This document shows positions 1 to 9,507 of a DNA stretch of 46,946 bases, one piece after another. The DNA is taken from positions 1-46,946 of the forward strand of contig CAYZRR010000039.1 of NCBI GenBank assembly GCA_964480925.1, written 5' to 3'. The notes beneath the pieces were generated by a model. It searched no databases. It saw only the letters and a program-made list of their open reading frames with translations, and had not been told where the DNA came from. A program made the position numbers and the translations under genes. Numbering within the stretch: the first letter of the stretch is position 1; each line of letters starts with the position of its first letter. This stretch comes from an uncultured Thermodesulfobacteriota bacterium (GTDB lineage: Bacteria; Desulfobacterota; B13-G15).

Positions 1-404
1 TTTTCCCTTGCCTTTTTTAATCCCTCAATGACATTAGGAGAATCTCCACTTGTGGTTAAGGCCCAAGCAAGGTCCCCTTCGGATCCCAAGGCCTCTATTT
101 GGCGGGAGAATACCAGGGAAAAATCGCGGTCATTTCCTATACTGGTAAGGACCGATCCGTCAGTATTTAAAGCCAAAGCGGGAAGGGCTTTTCGTTCCAG
201 TTTCAACCGATTGATGAACTCCGCTGCCAGATGTTGGGCTTGAGAGGCGCTTCCGCCGTTTCCAAAAAGAAGGATTTTTTTTCCTTCTTTAAGGGTTTTA
301 TAAACCAGGTCTATTGCTCTTTGGAGTTCTTCACTCTGTTCCTCTAATATCTTCTCTATTGCTTGAGAAAGGTTTAAAAAAGCCTCTTTGATTTTATTGA
401 CCAC
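1..404 (-). CDS. gmhA: SIS-domain sedoheptulose-7-phosphate isomerase (GmhA/DiaA family); N-terminal ~134 aa only, C-terminus lies beyond the left edge
   Basis: Absent from the supplied ORF track (open at the window edge). Hand translation of the minus strand from GTG 404-402 (GGAGG at 415-411) gives VVNKIKEAFLNLSQAIEKILEEQSEELQRAIDLVYKTLKEGKKILLFGNGGSASQAQHLAAEFINRLKLERKALPALALNTDGSVLTSIGNDRDFSLVFSRQIEALGSEGDLAWALTTSGDSPNVIEGLKKARE. This is colinear with the GmhA pattern GNGGS..A.H.AEE...PA.AL..D.S....GND..F...F.R..EA.G..GD.L...STSGNS.NV. Confidence 0.75.
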   Translation of the reverse strand, partial: MVNKIKEAFLNLSQAIEKILEEQSEELQRAIDLVYKTLKEGKKILLFGNGGSASQAQHLAAEFINRLKLERKALPALALNTDGSVLTSIGNDRDFSLVFSRQIEALGSEGDLAWALTTSGDSPNVIEGLKKARE

Positions 405-1143
405 TTAACCCCTCCAAAAACCTTCTTACCACTTTTCCCAAATGAGGAAGGTAATAACCGCCCTCTAAGACCGCAAAACAAGGAAGAGTAATGGTGGCTT
501 CATAAATGAGCTTTCCTAAGCGGTAATAATCTTCCATATCGAGCGTTCTTCCCCAATCAAGCTTGTAGCGGTCAAAGCCAGCCGAGAGGGCCAATAAGTC
601 TTCTTTGAGACTCCCAAGGGCCTTTTCGGTTTCTCGGAGAAAATCATGGGGATCATCCTCTTGGATGTTTATCACCCTTACTTCATCACAAGAGGAGAAA
701 ATATCGGCAGTTCCATCTCCATAGTGAAGATCTATATCGAGAACCATGGCGCTTTTTATCACCTTCTCATCAAGGAGCTTTTTAACTGCGATGGCCACGT
801 TGTTGAAAAAACAAAAGCCCCAATGGAAATCGCGCCTCGCATGATGGCCAGGGGGTCTGATGAGGGCAAAGGCCTTTTCTCCGCGCAGGGCGATCCTTGA
901 GGCCGAAATGGCTCCTCCGACTGCCATAAGGGCCACTTTATAAAGGTTAGTGATTTCCTTTACCCTCGAGACAAGTTGAGGGGTATGAACGAGGAGCACA
1001 TCCTCTTCAGTTGCCTCTTGGGCCTCAACAAAAGGGAAGGAGTTTTCGAGTTCTCTTTTTATCACCTGGACCCTTTCGGGGGATTCCACCTGGGCTGTTG
1101 GATAATGGGTTTCGAAAAGGGGGTGATATACTACTTTTATCAT
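394..1143 (-). CDS. histone deacetylase / acetylpolyamine amidohydrolase family zinc deacetylase, unusually short (249 aa)
   Basis: Motifs present: RPPGHHA (His-His pair), DIDLHYGDGT (Asp-x-His zinc ligands), SAGFD, and EGGY (catalytic Tyr). The stop overlaps the gmhA-like GTG start by 11 nt. Confidence 0.8.
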   Translation of the reverse strand: MIKVVYHPLFETHYPTAQVESPERVQVIKRELENSFPFVEAQEATEEDVLLVHTPQLVSRVKEITNLYKVALMAVGGAISASRIALRGEKAFALIRPPGHHARRDFHWGFCFFNNVAIAVKKLLDEKVIKSAMVLDIDLHYGDGTADIFSSCDEVRVINIQEDDPHDFLRETEKALGSLKEDLLALSAGFDRYKLDWGRTLDMEDYYRLGKLIYEATITLPCFAVLEGGYYLPHLGKVVRRFLEGLSGQ

Positions 1144-1171
1144 TTGAAAGAGATTCTATAATGTTTCTGCC

Positions 1172-3634
1172 ATGTATGAAAGACTGCTTCCTTTGGTAAA
1201 AAGGCCTTCCTCTTACATCGATCATGAATTCAACCTATATAAAAAGGACCCGAAGGGAAAGATCCTTTTTTGTCTGTGTTTTCCAGATCTCTATGAGGTT
1301 GGAATGTCCCATATAGGGCTTCAGATCTTGTACCACCTTTTAAACTCCATGGAAGAAGTGATGTGTGATAGGGCATTTGCTCCCTTGCCGGATATGGAGG
1401 AAAAGCTTAGGGAAAATGGCTTTCCCCTTTTAAGTATAGAAGCCCGAATACCTTTGCGTGAGTTTCATATTCTGGGGTTTTCCTTACAGTACGAATTAAA
1501 CTACACGAACCTTCTCAACATGCTGGATTTGGGAGGCATTCCGCTTTTGAGTTCGGAAAGGGATCGGGATATGCCCCTGGTAATTGCGGGGGGACCTCTA
1601 GCTATGCAGCCTGAACCCTTAGCGGATTTTGTTGATGCCTTTGTGCTTGGTGATGGAGAAGTGGTTTTGCCGGAGTTAATAAGGGTTTATAAACTTTGGA
1701 GAGAAGCCAAAGGTAAGAAGGAAGATTTATTAGAGGCCCTTTCGGGGATTCCTGGTGTATACGTTCCTTCTTTTTTCCAAATTCGTTGGGAAGGACATGA
1801 GGTAAAAGAAATACGGCCTCTAAAAGAGGGATATGCTAAAGTAGAAAGAAGGATATTAAAGGATCTGGACTCCTTTCCCTTTCCTTCAAGGCCAATAGTG
1901 CCCCTCTCGAAAGTGGTTCATGAAAGGTTAAGCGTTGAAATTGCCAGAGGTTGTATAAGGGGATGTCGTTTTTGTCAAGCCGGTTTTATTTATCGACCTT
2001 TTAGAGAAAGGGATCCCAAACGGCTCCTTGAGATCATCGATGAAGCTATCAGAAACACTGGCTATGACGAAATATCGCTTCTTGCCTTAAGCGTTGGTGA
2101 TTGTAGTTTTCTTGAGTCTTTTCTTTTATGTCTTTTTCAGAGGTATGGTACTTCAAAAATCGCCCTTTCTCTTCCCTCTCTGAGGGTAGGGACGATCTCT
2201 CAAGAAATCTTAAAAACCTTAGCTCAAGTTAAAAGAACAGGCATAACCTTAGCGCCGGAAACCTCTAGTGAGAGACTCCAAAAGGTGATAAACAAAGTCA
2301 TCTCGGAGGAAGAGATTTTCTTAACCGTTAAAAGGGCCTTTGAGAACTTATGGAGACACGTGAAGCTTTACTTTATGATAGGCCTTCCGAGCGAATCCGA
2401 AGAGGATGTGAGGGGAATAGCGAACCTCGCCAAGAAGCTCTCTCGGTTTGGGGGGCAGATCAACGTGAGCGTAAGCGCTTTCGTTCCAAAGGCTCATACC
2501 CCCTTTCAATGGGAAAGGATGCTGGGGATTAAGGAGATAGAGGAGAGGTATAGTTTGTTAAGGAACCTGTTGAGGGGAAAGGGAATTCGCTTCAAATGGC
2601 ATAATCCTAAGATGAGCTTTTTAGAAGGGGTTTTTTCTCGGGGTGATAGACGTTTGGGAAAGGTGCTGCTGGAGGCTTTTAAGCTCGGTTGTAGGCTTGA
2701 TGGTTGGACCGAACACTTGAAATGGGAAAAATGGCAAGAAGCCTTTTTAAAGACAGGTCTTGATCCGGAGTCTTACCTGAGGGAGAGAAAAGAAGAAGAA
2801 ATCTTGCCCTGGGATCATCTCCAAAGTGGAGTAAGAAAGCAGTACCTCCTCAGAGAAAGGCAAAACTCCCACCAGGGGAGGCTCACTCCTCCTTGTGAAC
2901 CCAATTGTAAAAGATGCGGTTGCTGTTCAGAGGACATAAGCGTAAAAATTGTCCATTCTTTTCATTTAACCAATAACGCTCCTCCAAAAGGGTTTCTACT
3001 TTCTCAAAGAAAGTACAGTATGGTCCTAAGGGTAAGGTTTTATAAACTCGGAATAATGAGGTTTTTGGGGCACCTTGAAATGGTGGGTGTGATTCTTAAG
3101 GCCTTAAGGAGAACGGGTTTGCCCCTTAAGTTTTCTCAGGGTTTAAGCCCTCATCCCAAAGTAAGTTTCGGACAAGCTCTGCCCGTAGGGATTGAAAGCT
3201 TATGCGAGTACTTTGATGTTGAACTTTCAGAATCATGTTTACCCCAAGAGTTTAAGACGAAAATCAATCTCTCACTTCCTGAGGGTCTGAAGGTGATAGA
3301 GGTGAAAGAAAAGGCGGAGGATTGGAGGCCCCTCCATCAACTTTTTGAAGAAGATGTTTACTTGGTTTCAATTCCCGAAGAAATTGCCGAAGGCTTTAAT
3401 ACCTTTTCGGTAAAAAAGGAAGGCGTTGAAATTCGCCCCTTTAAAAAGGAGGATTTGCCCCCGATAGAAGAAGTAATGGATCATGTTGAAGAGAACTTCC
3501 TCAAAAGAGGAAGGACTTGCCTTTACAAGTTGAAGAGTGGCCTTAAAATAAGGGAAGTTTTAAGAGAATTTTACGCCGATTCTCAAATGCCCTTTTTAAG
3601 GATTTTGAAAATTAAATCCTTACCTCCCTTTTAA
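1172..3634 (+). CDS. B12-binding-domain radical SAM protein fused to a radical-SAM-associated C-terminal module (TIGR03960 + TIGR03936/DUF2344-like), function unknown
   Basis: 820-aa ORF with [14 protein letters not shown] (CX3CX2C) around aa 261-268. The N-terminal part is B12-binding-like. The C-terminal ~220 aa ([17 protein letters not shown]...) resembles DUF2344. The family assignment is from memory, not a search. Confidence 0.75.
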   Translation: MYERLLPLVKRPSSYIDHEFNLYKKDPKGKILFCLCFPDLYEVGMSHIGLQILYHLLNSMEEVMCDRAFAPLPDMEEKLRENGFPLLSIEARIPLREFHILGFSLQYELNYTNLLNMLDLGGIPLLSSERDRDMPLVIAGGPLAMQPEPLADFVDAFVLGDGEVVLPELIRVYKLWREAKGKKEDLLEALSGIPGVYVPSFFQIRWEGHEVKEIRPLKEGYAKVERRILKDLDSFPFPSRPIVPLSKVVHERLSVEIARGCIRGCRFCQAGFIYRPFRERDPKRLLEIIDEAIRNTGYDEISLLALSVGDCSFLESFLLCLFQRYGTSKIALSLPSLRVGTISQEILKTLAQVKRTGITLAPETSSERLQKVINKVISEEEIFLTVKRAFENLWRHVKLYFMIGLPSESEEDVRGIANLAKKLSRFGGQINVSVSAFVPKAHTPFQWERMLGIKEIEERYSLLRNLLRGKGIRFKWHNPKMSFLEGVFSRGDRRLGKVLLEAFKLGCRLDGWTEHLKWEKWQEAFLKTGLDPESYLRERKEEEILPWDHLQSGVRKQYLLRERQNSHQGRLTPPCEPNCKRCGCCSEDISVKIVHSFHLTNNAPPKGFLLSQRKYSMVLRVRFYKLGIMRFLGHLEMVGVILKALRRTGLPLKFSQGLSPHPKVSFGQALPVGIESLCEYFDVELSESCLPQEFKTKINLSLPEGLKVIEVKEKAEDWRPLHQLFEEDVYLVSIPEEIAEGFNTFSVKKEGVEIRPFKKEDLPPIEEVMDHVEENFLKRGRTCLYKLKSGLKIREVLREFYADSQMPFLRILKIKSLPPF

Positions 3635-4545
3635 AGTCCCGCCTTTTGCAAAGCTTCCACCAATTGGCGCTGTTCAGGAGAAAGCGTTTTTGGAACTCGT
3701 ATCTTTATAACAACATAAAGATCGCCCCTTCCGCTTTCCTTAAGCTTAGGAAGTCCCAACCCCTTAAGCCTGAGCTTTGTTCCAGAGGAGGTTCCGGGAG
3801 GAACTTTGACCCTTTTGGGACCATCCAGGGTTTGAACCTCTATTGTGGTCCCCAAACAGGCTTCGCTGAAATTGATCTCCTTTTCGAGGTAAAGATCATC
3901 ACCCTCCTGGCGAAATAAAGGATGGGGGAGTATCTTGACCTTGACGTATAAATCACCCGGAGGAATTCCTGGACCGCCTTTTCCCGCAAGCCGTAATTTT
4001 TGCCCATCTTTTATGCCTGGAGGTATTTTCACAAGGATTTCCTTTTGCGTGCCATCGGGCATCCGTAATTGCAGTGTCCTTTCAGTGCCATTTAATACCT
4101 CTTCAAGCGTCACGTAAACCTCGGTCTCTATGTCTTGTCCCTTCCTTGAGGCTTCAGTAAAGAAATCAACGTCCCCAAACCCTTCACCAATCCTTCTGAA
4201 CCTTACCCTCCTTACCGAAGGCGTACCGAATATGAAGGAGAAGATATCGGAGGTACCAAACCCCAAATCCTTAAGCAGATCCCCTATGTCAAACCCCCTG
4301 AAGATGTCTTCTTGCGTGTATTGCTGACTGAAGGCTTGTGCCCCAAGCATATCGTATTGTCGCCGTTTCTCAGGATCGCTTAATACCGCATAGGCTTCAT
4401 TTATTTCCTTAAACTTCTCCTCCGCCTCTTTGTCCCCTGGATTACGATCAGGATGGTATTTTAAAGCTAAACGCCTATAAGCCTTCTTTATCTCGTCAAG
4501 AGTCGCGTCTCGGTTTACTCCCAGGATCTCATAGTAATCCTTCAT
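3631..4545 (-). CDS. cbpA: class II J-domain co-chaperone (CbpA-type DnaJ homolog, no zinc finger)
   Basis: J domain DYYEILGV...[14 protein letters not shown] with the HPD tripeptide, followed by a G/F-like linker and two DnaJ C-terminal beta domains. There are no CxxCxGxG repeats. The ATG at 4545 lies 2 nt after the stop of the upstream ClpX-like gene. Confidence 0.85.
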   Translation of the reverse strand: MKDYYEILGVNRDATLDEIKKAYRRLALKYHPDRNPGDKEAEEKFKEINEAYAVLSDPEKRRQYDMLGAQAFSQQYTQEDIFRGFDIGDLLKDLGFGTSDIFSFIFGTPSVRRVRFRRIGEGFGDVDFFTEASRKGQDIETEVYVTLEEVLNGTERTLQLRMPDGTQKEILVKIPPGIKDGQKLRLAGKGGPGIPPGDLYVKVKILPHPLFRQEGDDLYLEKEINFSEACLGTTIEVQTLDGPKRVKVPPGTSSGTKLRLKGLGLPKLKESGRGDLYVVIKIRVPKTLSPEQRQLVEALQKAGL

Positions 4546-4547
4546 AA

Positions 4548-6293
4548 TTAATGCCTCCGATAATCAGCCTTTGATAATTTTTGCATTAATTCGTTGAGAT
4601 AGGTTTCGGGGTTTTCGACCCCTTCTTTTGGTATCACCAAATTAGTGATAGGTACACGTTCAGAAATAATCCTTAAAGCTGGTTCTAAGATGCTTTCAAG
4701 ATACAAAAAAATATCCCTGGAGTTTCTTTCACCTGTGTATAAGAGTTTAAGCAGATAATCTACCGCTCCTTGGTCAAAGGTTATATCAATACCGTAACGA
4801 TCCTTAAATGCCCTTTCAAAAGTCCTTATTTGCTTATAAGAGCGCCACATGTCTTCAAGGGCACTATTAAAGTCATCCTCCCCTTGAAGGAGTTTATTCA
4901 CCAACAACTCAACCCTTTCTCCTTCAAAAAGTGGGCCATATTGTGATTCAAATTCGGCTTTTCTTGATAAAATATAATTCTTTATGTCCTCTTTTTCTTT
5001 GCGGAGAGCATCTTCAAAGCGTTTAAGATAGTTTTCATCGAGAGGGTTACGTAATAACTTTTCCAATTCCGCTTCAGGGTTATCCACCAATTCCCTGGTT
5101 ACCAAAAGGTGTCTGATGTTACTTGAGGGCAGTTTTCTCTCATATTTTAAGAGCACGTTTTCCAATACGCTCACAAGTCCTCGCGCCCCTGTCTTTTGGG
5201 CATAAGCCAATTCGGCTATTCTCCATAAGGCGCCGTCTTCAAAAACCACTTCTATCCCATAGGCTCGAAAGTCACGTTTTTTATTGACAATTAGAGGATT
5301 ATTAGGGTTTTTGAGGATGGAATAAAGGTCTTCTATCCCGAGGGGTTCAAGAACCGCAATCACAGGTAATCTCCCCACAAACTCCGATTCAAAGCCGTAT
5401 TCGATCAGGTCTTCGGGCGTCACATGTTTTAAATATTCAAATCGTTCCTCTTTTGACCTCACCTCTTGAGCAAAACCGATCCCCTCTTTTTTTAAGCGGC
5501 GGCGCACAATGTCCTCTAACCCATTGAAGGCTCCGCTTACGATAAACAAGATGTGCCTTGTGTTAATGGTTCTTTTCTGCCTTTTCCCCGTACGTCGCCA
5601 TTGTTCGATGGCTTCCCATTGAGAGAGAGGATCGTTAGAGGGTTTAAGTTCCACTTCGGTCTCTTCCATCAATTTTAAGAGTCCTCTCTGAACCCCTGTA
5701 CGGGATACGTCGGGGCCTATTACGTTTCCGCTTGAGGCTATTTTGTCTATCTCATCAATATAAATGATCCCATATTGTGCTCTTTCCACATCTCCATCAG
5801 CTTCGATCACAAGTTCTCGTACTAAATCCTCCACATCGCCTCCCACGTAACCAGTCTCGCTGAATTTAGTAGCATCAGCTTTAACGAAAGGTACTCCAAT
5901 CCTTTCCGCTATCAGCCTAACCATGTAGGTTTTTCCCACCCCAGTTGGGCCAATGAGTATTATGTTATTCTTCACGCTCCCCAATCCCGTGGGTTCCTTT
6001 CCCCTGGATAGGTAATATTTTATGCGGTTATAGTGGGTGCAGATCTTGGTGGCGAGTATTTCTTTGGCCTTGTCCTGTTTTATGATAAAGGTGTTTAAAT
6101 AAGCTATCAGCTCCTCAGGTTTTATGTCAAAATCAATAGGAAGCTTTCGCCTTTCTGTTTTGTAGGTCTTATCCTGTATGAAGACCTTTGGTTCGAGCGT
6201 GGATACCACAAGCCTGATCTTATCTCCGTATTTCTTTTCCAAATACTTATTCAACTCCCTTTCAAGTTCCTTATAATCCGGTATTTTTTCCAT
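4548..6293 (-). CDS. ClpX-family AAA+ unfoldase paralog lacking the N-terminal C4 zinc-binding domain and carrying a ~170-aa C-terminal extension
   Basis: 581 aa. Walker A GPTGVGKT, pore loop ETGYVGGD, Walker [13 protein letters not shown]-type loop [10 protein letters not shown] and sensor region GARGL are present. The first ~85 aa contain no Cys. GGGAGGAG RBS upstream of the ATG at 6293. Confidence 0.75.
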   Translation of the reverse strand: MEKIPDYKELERELNKYLEKKYGDKIRLVVSTLEPKVFIQDKTYKTERRKLPIDFDIKPEELIAYLNTFIIKQDKAKEILATKICTHYNRIKYYLSRGKEPTGLGSVKNNIILIGPTGVGKTYMVRLIAERIGVPFVKADATKFSETGYVGGDVEDLVRELVIEADGDVERAQYGIIYIDEIDKIASSGNVIGPDVSRTGVQRGLLKLMEETEVELKPSNDPLSQWEAIEQWRRTGKRQKRTINTRHILFIVSGAFNGLEDIVRRRLKKEGIGFAQEVRSKEERFEYLKHVTPEDLIEYGFESEFVGRLPVIAVLEPLGIEDLYSILKNPNNPLIVNKKRDFRAYGIEVVFEDGALWRIAELAYAQKTGARGLVSVLENVLLKYERKLPSSNIRHLLVTRELVDNPEAELEKLLRNPLDENYLKRFEDALRKEKEDIKNYILSRKAEFESQYGPLFEGERVELLVNKLLQGEDDFNSALEDMWRSYKQIRTFERAFKDRYGIDITFDQGAVDYLLKLLYTGERNSRDIFLYLESILEPALRIISERVPITNLVIPKEGVENPETYLNELMQKLSKADYRRH

Positions 6294-6344
6294 GATTCTC
6301 CTCCCGATGATAGTTTAAGGGTTAAAGCGGAGTCTTTCAAATTT

Positions 6345-7502
6345 TTATCGTTTCGAGGGCAAAAGCTTCTGAGGGATGCCCAAAAGGAATTTTCCCTCCC
6401 TTATCCATCCTTTTAGGATTTCCGCTATTTCCTTGGCCTTTTTATAACTGGAAAGGGGGAAAGTAGGGATCTCTTTGCCTTGGAAGCGGATGGTCCCGCT
6501 TTTTAACTCTTTGTAACTCACATAACCCAAGGGTTTTACCTCACCTTGGGGATAATCGTAGCCGAGATCCACTATCTGCGTAAAAAGTTCATCATCGCCA
6601 AGACCCGTATAATAGGCCATTTCTTCATCAAGGACCGGGATGGGTATCCCGATGCCCACAAAAAGAGACGGGCCATATCCTAAGATACTGGCCCCCTTAA
6701 GCCATTTGGGACTCATCTCTTTTAAATTCCCAATAACTGCCAATGTACCAGCGGGCCCCAAAGGAACGCCCTTTTCGCTTCGAGGCACCTCTGGGTTGTG
6801 TTGGGTACCATGCCAAACCACATAACCTTCAGCTCCTCCCAAAAAGATTCGCGTTCCGATCCCTATGGTACGATAAAATGGGTCCTTAAGCAGGGGACTT
6901 AATTGACCACTACTACAATAACTCACATTACCGCCCTTAGGTTTTAAGACGCCCATGTAAGTGTAAATCATGCGATCCGAAAGATTAATGGCACAATTGT
7001 AATTTTGATAACAATTTCTCGGATTAAATAAAAAGGCATCTTTAAAATCCCAAAGCGTTAACTCCATTTCCACTCGCCGATTAGGATAGCAATCGGTTCC
7101 ATAACCTTCGGCGACCAATTTTACCTTCTTGCCGGAGACCAAATCCTCGATTACATGCCCCCCTCCATATTCAAAGGTGCCAGGATGTATCTTGTTTAAG
7201 GGATCATCCACGGTGGGTTCAGTGGCACCTATGTAAATGTCAACCGCAGCAAGCCCCGCATAAGCTGGTACATTATTTATCCATACCCGGTGGGCTTTTA
7301 TCCTCGGGCGAGTGTGACCGAAGTTTAAAAAAGCCCCAGAAGAACACATGGGGGCGAAGGTGCCGGTAGTAACAACATCGACCTCTTTGGCTGCTCTTTC
7401 TACTCCCTTTGACCTTACTATCTCCACCATTTCTTCAGCGGTTACCACCACTGCTTCGCCTCGCTTTATCTTCTCGTTGATCTCTTCAAACGTTTTAGCC
7501 AT
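6345..7502 (-). CDS. DUF39 / COG1900-type homocysteine biosynthesis protein
   Basis: Start moved from 7607 to ATG 7502 (GGGAGGG RBS about 8 nt upstream). The N-terminus AKTFEEINEKIKRGEAVVVTAEE is typical of the family as I recall it. 385 aa, with no obvious CBS or ferredoxin domain. Confidence 0.7.
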   Translation of the reverse strand: MAKTFEEINEKIKRGEAVVVTAEEMVEIVRSKGVERAAKEVDVVTTGTFAPMCSSGAFLNFGHTRPRIKAHRVWINNVPAYAGLAAVDIYIGATEPTVDDPLNKIHPGTFEYGGGHVIEDLVSGKKVKLVAEGYGTDCYPNRRVEMELTLWDFKDAFLFNPRNCYQNYNCAINLSDRMIYTYMGVLKPKGGNVSYCSSGQLSPLLKDPFYRTIGIGTRIFLGGAEGYVVWHGTQHNPEVPRSEKGVPLGPAGTLAVIGNLKEMSPKWLKGASILGYGPSLFVGIGIPIPVLDEEMAYYTGLGDDELFTQIVDLGYDYPQGEVKPLGYVSYKELKSGTIRFQGKEIPTFPLSSYKKAKEIAEILKGWIREGKFLLGIPQKLLPSKR

Positions 7503-7632
7503 TATATACACCCTCCCGCGATCCATTTTACTTGCCTCCCTTTGATAGATCAAGTTAAGGCAAAATAGGGGGTTGACATTTTTGGGGGAATTTGTGAAGA
7601 TAATCACATCGTAAGCGAATAAAGGAGGAAGG

Positions 7633-8667
7633 ATGATGTCTTTGAGGGTAATGAAAAAGGAAGAGGGGTATGAGTTTTTAGAAGGTGTAAAAAGGGATTA
7701 TCGAGTTATAGCTCCGGTAGCAGAGAACGGCTTTTTTGTCTTTAAACCGTTAGAGGAGGTGAAGGAGGTCGTATTTGATTATTCGATTGCCATTTATCCG
7801 GTGAAAAATTTTCTCCTTCCCCCCTATGAGGACTATCTGAAGTTCAAGCGGGCTGAAGTTCCTCAAGTGGAAGTCCTCTCGGAGGAGGTTCCTCAGACGG
7901 TCCTTTTTGGGATGAGGCCTTGTGATCTGAATTCGCTTTCCCTTTTGGACGATGCCTTTTTAGGTGATCCTTTGGATATGCTTTATAAGAAGCGAAGGGA
8001 TAACTTCGTTTTCATTGTGATGGATTGTATGGCTCCTTGTGATGAATTCAGTTTCTGTAAAGACATGGGCACTTTAAACGCAGAAAAAGGTTTTGACATT
8101 TTGGTGACCAAGGTAAATGATCTTTATTTTTTCAAACCCGGTAGTGATAAAGGAGCTTCCTTAATTCAAAAGTATGGGAAAGGAAAAGAGGCCTCCTCGG
8201 AGGAAGAGAGTCTTTTGAAAAAGGCCTATGAGGAACGAGAGAAGAACTTCTTCAAAAAATTGAAGATGGATAAAAATGAATTACCGAAGGTGTTGTGGAA
8301 GGGCTACGATAGCCCGTTTTGGGAGGAGGTTGCGAAAAAGTGCCTCTCCTGTGGTTCTTGTAATTTGGTGTGTCCTACCTGTTATTGTTTTGATGTGAGG
8401 GATAAAGTGGAGATAAACCTTAAAGAAGGTGTGCGGTTCAGAACATGGGATGGGTGTATGCTTGTAGACTTTGCCAAGGTGGCAGGAGGTGAGAATTTTA
8501 GGCCCACAACGGTTCAAAGGCTTCGCCACCGTTTTCTCAGAAAGGGCAAGTATCTATTGGATCGTTATGGGAAGGTGGGTTGTGTGGGTTGTGGAAGGTG
8601 TACAAGGCATTGTTTGGTTAAGATTAATCCCGTTGAAGTTTATAATGGGGTTTACAATCGGATTTAA
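7633..8667 (+). CDS. hydB: group 3b [NiFe]-hydrogenase (sulfhydrogenase) beta subunit, 4Fe-4S protein
   Basis: Ferredoxin-like Cys clusters CLSCGSCNLVCPTC and CVGCGRCTRHC. It is the first gene of a four-gene hydrogenase cluster. AGGAGG RBS upstream. Confidence 0.75.
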   Translation: MMSLRVMKKEEGYEFLEGVKRDYRVIAPVAENGFFVFKPLEEVKEVVFDYSIAIYPVKNFLLPPYEDYLKFKRAEVPQVEVLSEEVPQTVLFGMRPCDLNSLSLLDDAFLGDPLDMLYKKRRDNFVFIVMDCMAPCDEFSFCKDMGTLNAEKGFDILVTKVNDLYFFKPGSDKGASLIQKYGKGKEASSEEESLLKKAYEEREKNFFKKLKMDKNELPKVLWKGYDSPFWEEVAKKCLSCGSCNLVCPTCYCFDVRDKVEINLKEGVRFRTWDGCMLVDFAKVAGGENFRPTTVQRLRHRFLRKGKYLLDRYGKVGCVGCGRCTRHCLVKINPVEVYNGVYNRI

Positions 8668-8675
8668 TTGGAGGT

Positions 8676-9494
8676 ATGGAGATGGATTTAGCTTATAAGC
8701 CCAAATTAGCGAAAATTCTTGAGGTTAAGGAACTTACGGCAAGGGAAAAACTTTTCACTTTAAGGCTTGAGAACGGTGAACCCTTGAATCATCAGCCGGG
8801 CCAATTCGTGGAGGTCTCGGTTTTTGGGGTAGGGGAATGTCCCATCAGTATATGTTCTTCTCCCACAAGGGGTCCGGAGTTTCAGATGTGCGTTAGGGCT
8901 ATAGGTAATGTGACAAATGCCATCCACCAGCTTAAGCCTGGGGATTATGTGGGGATAAGGGGGCCATATGGACGAGGATTCCCCGTGGAAGAGGCTAAAG
9001 GGCAAGATTTGCTTCTGGCGGCAGGTGGGTTAGGGATGGCTCCTTTGAGGTCCTTTATTCAATATCTAATGGATAGAAGGTCTGATTACGGGGAAATAAC
9101 TATCCTTTACGGTTCAAGGGAACCTAAGGAGATTCTATTTAAGGATGAGATCGATCTGATGAAAAGTATAGGGCAGTGTTATCTCACCGTGGATCGGGGT
9201 GATGAGACGTGGCAGGGGCATGTGGGGGTTATAACTACCTTGTGTCCGATTGTAAAGGTTAACCCTCAAAGGACCATCGCTATTACGGTAGGTCCTCCGG
9301 TTATGTATAAGTTTATCCTTAAGGAGTTCTTCAATATGGGGATTCCTGAGGATCGGATATATGTGGATCTTGAGCGCCATATGAAATGTGGGGTGGGAAA
9401 ATGTGGGCATTGTCAGATAAACGGGCTTTACGTTTGTAAAGAAGGCCCAGTTTTTAAGTACACGGAAATAAAAGAATTGCCCGAGGCAATTTAA
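8676..9494 (+). CDS. hydG: group 3b hydrogenase gamma subunit, FAD/NAD(P)-binding oxidoreductase with 2Fe-2S cluster
   Basis: Ferredoxin-reductase-type fold (QPGQFVEV, LLLAAGGLGMAP) and the C-terminal motif CGVGKCGHCQ. Confidence 0.75.
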   Translation: MEMDLAYKPKLAKILEVKELTAREKLFTLRLENGEPLNHQPGQFVEVSVFGVGECPISICSSPTRGPEFQMCVRAIGNVTNAIHQLKPGDYVGIRGPYGRGFPVEEAKGQDLLLAAGGLGMAPLRSFIQYLMDRRSDYGEITILYGSREPKEILFKDEIDLMKSIGQCYLTVDRGDETWQGHVGVITTLCPIVKVNPQRTIAITVGPPVMYKFILKEFFNMGIPEDRIYVDLERHMKCGVGKCGHCQINGLYVCKEGPVFKYTEIKELPEAI

Positions 9495-9507
9495 AAGGAG
9501 GATTAGG

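Noticed and set aside
28-243. 71-aa plus-strand ORF at the left edge
   Set aside because: It lies antisense to a much better supported GmhA-like reading frame (minus strand, 1-404), and its sequence is low-complexity and Arg/Ser-rich with no recognisable motif.
7542-7553. Inverted repeat TTGAT-AG-ATCAA in the DUF39/hydB divergent region, reminiscent of an FNR/CRP box
   Set aside because: The FNR-type consensus needs a 4-nt spacer (TTGAT-N4-ATCAA) and here the spacer is 2 nt. A 5-bp half-site is too short to call without comparative support.
7573-7604. Perfect TTGACA 60 nt upstream of hydB as a -35 box
   Set aside because: No acceptable -10 hexamer sits at a 16-18 nt spacing. GATAAT lies 20 nt away and a 17-nt spacing gives GAAGAT. 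It is a possible promoter but not supportable as a feature.
7503-7607. N-terminal 35-aa extension of the DUF39 ORF (start at 7607)
   Set aside because: The extension has no RBS and has a hydrophobic, odd composition. The internal ATG at 7502 has a GGGAGGG RBS and gives the family-typical N-terminus.
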